The notes beneath the pieces were generated by a model that was given only the letters and a program-made list of their open reading frames with translations, ran no database searches and was not told the DNA's origin. The position numbers and the translations under genes are program-made. Shown piece after piece: positions 58,546 through 64,000 of a stretch of 64,000 nt of DNA; the first letter of the stretch is position 1; every line of letters begins with the position of its first letter. The stretch comes from Octopus vulgaris (Eukaryota): assembly GCA_951406725.2 (NCBI GenBank), contig OX597839.1, positions 19,158,001-19,222,000 of the forward strand, in the 5' to 3' direction.

Positions 58546-58754
58546 AGTAAACGCATAAATGTGAAACAAGGTGGAAAAAGAGTACTCAAATACCAGAGGT
58601 AGAGTAATATGCTTTATTGAAAAGCAGCAGAAATTCAACAAAAGCTGTTACTCGGAGTTTCACGTTCATGTTAACAAACTGTCCGACGAACGGGAACGTA
58701 AAACTCCGAGTAACAACTTTTGTTGAATTTCTGCTGCTTTTAAATAAAGTATAT
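58543..58754. mobile_element. Fold-back PLE-type terminal cassette with variant hammerhead (58679-58715)
   Basis: Arms ~58607-58667 and 58694-58754. Consensus of the two arms: ctgt-CCGACGA-acg(ggaa)cgt-GAAA-ctc(c)gag-TA-acag. Both ends run into (TA)n. Confidence 0.72.
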
Positions 58755-59002
58755 ATATATATAACAAAGTGAAGTTGTAAGGTACCGCACGAGTGGAATT
58801 ATATATGAAAGAAGGTTTGAAAATGCAAATAAATATCTTTTAAAATTGCATTTTAAAACCTTCTTTCCTATATATATATGTATATATATATATATATAAA
58901 GGCATTTGAAAGATACATTCGAATGTAATAGGTTGAACTCCATGCACGCGATACTCCGGTATCGTTTTTGCATCTAGTTCAGCAAATTGCATTTATAACG
59001 GG

Positions 59003-59066
59003 CCATGCTGATGAAGGCTACAGTTATCCTTGCGGATAATAATAGCCGAAACTGATCAGTACATGG
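59003..59066 (+). ncRNA. Type I hammerhead ribozyme, intact core
   Basis: ccatg-CTGATGA-a-ggcta[cag ttatcc ttgc ggataa taa]tagcc-GAAA-ctgatcag-TA-catgg. All three stems pair; stem III is the palindrome ACTGATCAGT; predicted cut after 59061. Confidence 0.9.
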
Positions 59067-59216
59067 GTAATTATTTTATTTCGTATATTTTCACTTGTTT
59101 ATTGCTTTGGTTTTGTGCTGAGTTTGATTTGAGAACATAATCTTTTGTGGAGAATGGCGATTTGACGTCTATATCTAGCATGTTGACTGTCCACTTTTCG
59201 TGTTCAGACCTTAATT

Positions 59217-59267
<51 letters not shown>

Positions 59268-59268
<1 letters not shown>

Positions 59269-59432
59269 CGACAGGCTTCTTTTAGTTTTCGTCTACCAAA
59301 TCCACTCACAAGGCATTGGTCGGCCCGGGGCTATAGCAGAAGACATTTGCCCAAGATGCCACGCAGTGGGACTGAACCCGGAACTATGTGGTTGGTTAGC
59401 AAGCTACTTACCACACAGCCACTCCTGCGCCT
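59268..59432 (-). mobile_element. SINE family A 5' half
   Basis: Near-identical to 4763-4930. Confidence 0.82.
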
Positions 59433-59738
59433 ATATATATATATATACATATATAATATTGAAATGACGTGTACTCGTAAATACATAAATGCTTCGAGGA
59501 CTCCTTTTTCTGTTATTTTTTTGTCGCCCGTTTTCGTCCGTTTGTCGTTTGGGTGTGTCTGTCTGTCTGTCCGTCTTTCCTTGTTTCTTTCAATTTTTCA
59601 CACACAATCTCTCTCTCTCTCTCTCTATCTCCATAAATTAATATATAAACATGCATCTATTTCATGTATGTGCCTATATCAACATTTTCTACATACGCAT
59701 TTATGTGTGTGTGTGTGTGTGTGCATGTTTGTGTAAAT

Positions 59739-59777
<39 letters not shown>

Positions 59778-60059
59778 ATGTATATACACACACACACACA
59801 ATTTATATTTGTTTGTATGTATCTGAGTATGTGTCTCATGCATTCATACATATCTCTATGGATATTTATCTACAGACGCATATTGCTGGGCGGTGTATGA
59901 TTATATGTTGGCCATATTCTCATACTATTTCCAATACTAAGTCAATAATACCAATAAATGAATGAATAGTAAATTTCTAATCTGCATTTCCCATTCAGCC
60001 AGTTGGACACCTCATCGTCTCACAAAAACCCGTCCCTCATGAATTTGTATTTTGATGTG

Positions 60060-60094
<35 letters not shown>

Positions 60095-60415
60095 TATATA
60101 CATATATTTATACACACACAAACACATATTATTCGTTTGGTATTTAGAAATATAAATATACACAAACATATATATATATATATATACACACACATATATA
60201 CACACATATATATATGTATATGTATGTATATATATATATATATACATATACACACATATATATACACATACACACACATATATATATATACATATATATC
60301 TATATATATATATATATACATTTATATATATATACATATACATCTATATATATACATATAAAGTTATATATATATATATAGATATATACATATAATTATA
60401 TGTATAGAAAGTTAA

Positions 60416-60446
<31 letters not shown>

Positions 60447-60466
60447 CATTATATATATATATATAC

Positions 60467-60506
<40 letters not shown>

Positions 60507-60749
60507 CTATATATATATACATATACATATATATATATACATATACATCTATATATATATACATATACATCTATATATATATACATATACATCTATATAT
60601 ATATACATATACATCTATATATATATATATATATATATACATTTATATATATATACATATACATATATATATATACATATACATCTATATATATATACAT
60701 ATACATGTATATATATATACATATACATCTATATATATATACATATACA

Positions 60750-60849
<100 letters not shown>

Positions 60850-60889
60850 TACATCTATATATATATATTTATATATATATACATATACA

Positions 60890-60958
<69 letters not shown>

Positions 60959-60999
60959 ATCTATATATATAGATATATACATATAATTATATGTATAGG

Positions 61000-61626
61000 A
61001 AGTTAAGCAGAGAATCTACATCAAATTTTGCCAAAAGCTTGGAGGTACCTGCCCAGAGGCCTACGCAAAGTTTCCAAAACGTTTTCATCGTTCTTGATAC
61101 AATTAAGGAGATCTTGTGCAAGTGAAACCCGAGTGTCAGTGAAAGCAGATACGCGTTTCAAGACTAAATCTTCAGTGATAATGGACTGACCCCACCGTAA
61201 CTAATCTGCACATCCTCTGATAACTCATCGATGGGTGATTCGAGGATCTCCCCTCAGAGCTGCACGCACATCTGCAATGTTGTTCTCAGTTCTGCCGGTT
61301 GCAGCTCTCTCAGAACGTTCGTCACTATCGACATTTCTTCGTCTATCTCGGAATCATCAGCTCATACACTCCTCTCCATACACTTTCTACAAATTTTCGT
61401 AGGTCCCCGTGCAGCTATCACGATGACATCCATCTTTGTCATGGTCAATACGACGACTATACGCTACACACCTTTCTTCCAAGCATTGCTGTAAACAACA
61501 AAAGGGGGCTTAAAACTTAGTATGCATGCACAGCAGAGTTCAAGGTCAATCTGTACAAGCTAATTCACTCTACGTGCTTTAGCTTCGTTACTATGGCAAC
61601 AGCCGGATACTTATTGACCAAACATC

Positions 61627-61630
<4 letters not shown>
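61000..61630. mobile_element. Rearranged mariner remnant with transposase N-terminal pieces on both strands
   Basis: Plus: KQRIYIKFCQKLGGTCPEAYAK (HTH start). Minus ~61145-61400: KVYGEECMS...NVDSDERSERAATGRTENNIADVRAALRGDPRIT..DELSEDVQISYG...SIITEDLVLKRVSA. Confidence 0.8.
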
Positions 61631-61662
<32 letters not shown>

Positions 61663-62284
61663 AACTACAAATATATGTACATGTATATATATATTTATGT
61701 GTGCATATATCTATGTATATATATGTATATATAGGCACACATTGTTGACGGCGTAAAAATCTACTAATGTCGGGAACGTGAAGTATTTTTAGGAATGATG
61801 AATCTCAAAGCAAATACAGATATAAACTACAAATAATAGCGTGTAATTATCAGGTTATATACATTCAGACTATTTTTAAACCAATATATACCAGTTATTA
61901 TCTATAGCTTTATCGGCTTCGAGATTAGCTCTTCCCAAACGGACTTATATATCTACATATATACATTCATACATACATAGATACATACAAAACATATTTA
62001 TCTAAACGATATATATATATATACATCCATACATAGACATATATGTGCATATACATACACACATATATATATATACAAACATTAATACACACACACACAC
62101 ATATATATATACACATACATACATATATAAACATATATATTTATATATATATATACATGCATACATATATAAACATATATATATATACACACATGCATAC
62201 ATATATAAACATATATATATACACATACATACATATATAAACATATATATATATATATATATATACACATACATACATATATAA

Positions 62285-62316
<32 letters not shown>

Positions 62317-62418
62317 ATTCATAGATATATAATTATATTTATATACATACATACATACATATATACATGCATACATATATATATATATATGTATTCATAG
62401 ATATATAAGTATATTTAT

Positions 62419-62464
<46 letters not shown>

Positions 62465-62506
62465 GCATACACACATATATATATGTATTCATAGATATAT
62501 AATTAC

Positions 62507-62545
<39 letters not shown>

Positions 62546-62970
62546 CACACATACATACATATATATATACGTATATATATATATAATAAGCACATAATAT
62601 ATCCTTTCATGCTTCATTTCACCGGAATTCTTTGCCATTCATGTTGATCTCCATATTTTCCTATGCTTTCATGTTAAACACTCATTTTATTGACTAATTC
62701 TCTTCTGTCTTACTACAACAACAACAAGAATCATATTTTTGAACTCACTTCACCAATCCCACCAAATTCGTTATATTAGTTAGAAACAAAGAACAACAAG
62801 AACAATGAGAACAACAATAAGTGCAATATCGAGGCAGAACCATCATAAATCTTGTTCATTATCATCATTATCAACAGCGCCGTCGTCATCTCTAGCATCT
62901 TGACCAGCTGAAGTATATATGTGTGTGTGAATGGTGGTGGTGAATGTGTTCATGCATGTGTGTGTATAAA

Positions 62971-63030
<60 letters not shown>

Positions 63031-63244
63031 TATATATATATTATATATATATTATATATATAAAGGGCGCCGTGATGGCGTATATATATATATGGCCTAT
63101 CTGGTGACGTTGATGTTCGCCTGGGGCTAAATGCAACAGTGACACCCCACCACCCTGCCCTGTCCCTAGCCATATTCGGTTGGCTAATATCCCTTATATT
63201 ACAGAGCAGTCACTGTCTATATCTCATCTAGAGAATTATTATTG

Positions 63245-63322
<78 letters not shown>

Positions 63323-63329
<7 letters not shown>

Positions 63330-63730
63330 GGTTTGGAGATGATGTACAGGAATTTTATATTAGAAGAAATGAGGTACTCAGAAATTCGGATGGTTTTATA
63401 TTTACAGATATTTATTTGTATATTACATGTCTTTATACATCATATATCATATATCACACACGCACACACACACACACACACACATGCTCTCTCTCTCTCC
63501 CTCACTTTCTCCCCATTCATCACCCTCTTGTACTATCTCATATCCCTCCCAACCACTACACACTCAATAACACTATAAAATGGTCAAATTTTTCCACAAC
63601 AAACTAGAATGGACGAAAGCGCTGATATATGATATATGATTAATGAAGTATAAAAACATGTAATATACAAATATATATATCTGTAAATATAAAACCATCC
63701 GAATTTCTGAGTACCCCATTTCTTCTAAGA
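63323..63730. repeat. Fold-back element of the 17109-17328 family
   Basis: Near-identical to the 17 kb copy; inverted arms ~63360-63440 and 63648-63728; ggacGAAAgcgct hammerhead-like half at ~63611-63623. Confidence 0.8.
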
Positions 63731-64000
63731 TATATATATATATTAGAGAGAGAGGGAGGGAGGGAGAGAAAGAGAGGGAGTGTGTGCGTGCGTGTGTGTG
63801 TGCGTATTTGAAGCGGCGTACAGATATTGTATATTAAGTGGCAATCAGAATTTTTGGAAAATTCATCATTAGCGCTTTCGTCCGTTCAATCGAACTATTC
63901 AAGATATAAAGCACAGAAAATTTCTTCCACTTTATACATAACAGATGGACGAAAACGCTAGCCTTCCTATATATATATATATATTTATATATTTATATAT

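Overview
AT-rich, microsatellite-saturated animal genomic DNA. The SINE families suggest a cephalopod, probably Octopus (inference). No host protein-coding gene can be supported; nearly all listed ORFs are translations of (TA)n, (CA)n, (GATA)n or trinucleotide repeats. The window is a mosaic of mobile DNA: a 5'-truncated Penelope-like retroelement (RT plus C-terminal GIY-YIG, Neptune-like) inserted in the (TA)n tract inside a SINE, four tRNA-derived SINE families, non-autonomous Helitrons, a Helitron helicase remnant, Tc1/mariner/pogo remnants, CR1/L2-like LINE 3' fragments and an interstitial telomere-like array. The main signal, invisible in the ORF track, is a dense set of type I hammerhead ribozyme motifs: five with intact cores, three with variant cores and several decayed, from at least four sequence families. 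Many sit in fold-back cassettes whose 3' tails point outward, usually into microsatellites. One cassette is an apparently perfect palindrome with 265-bp arms and an intact hammerhead on each strand. All motifs were read by eye and none is experimentally confirmed.
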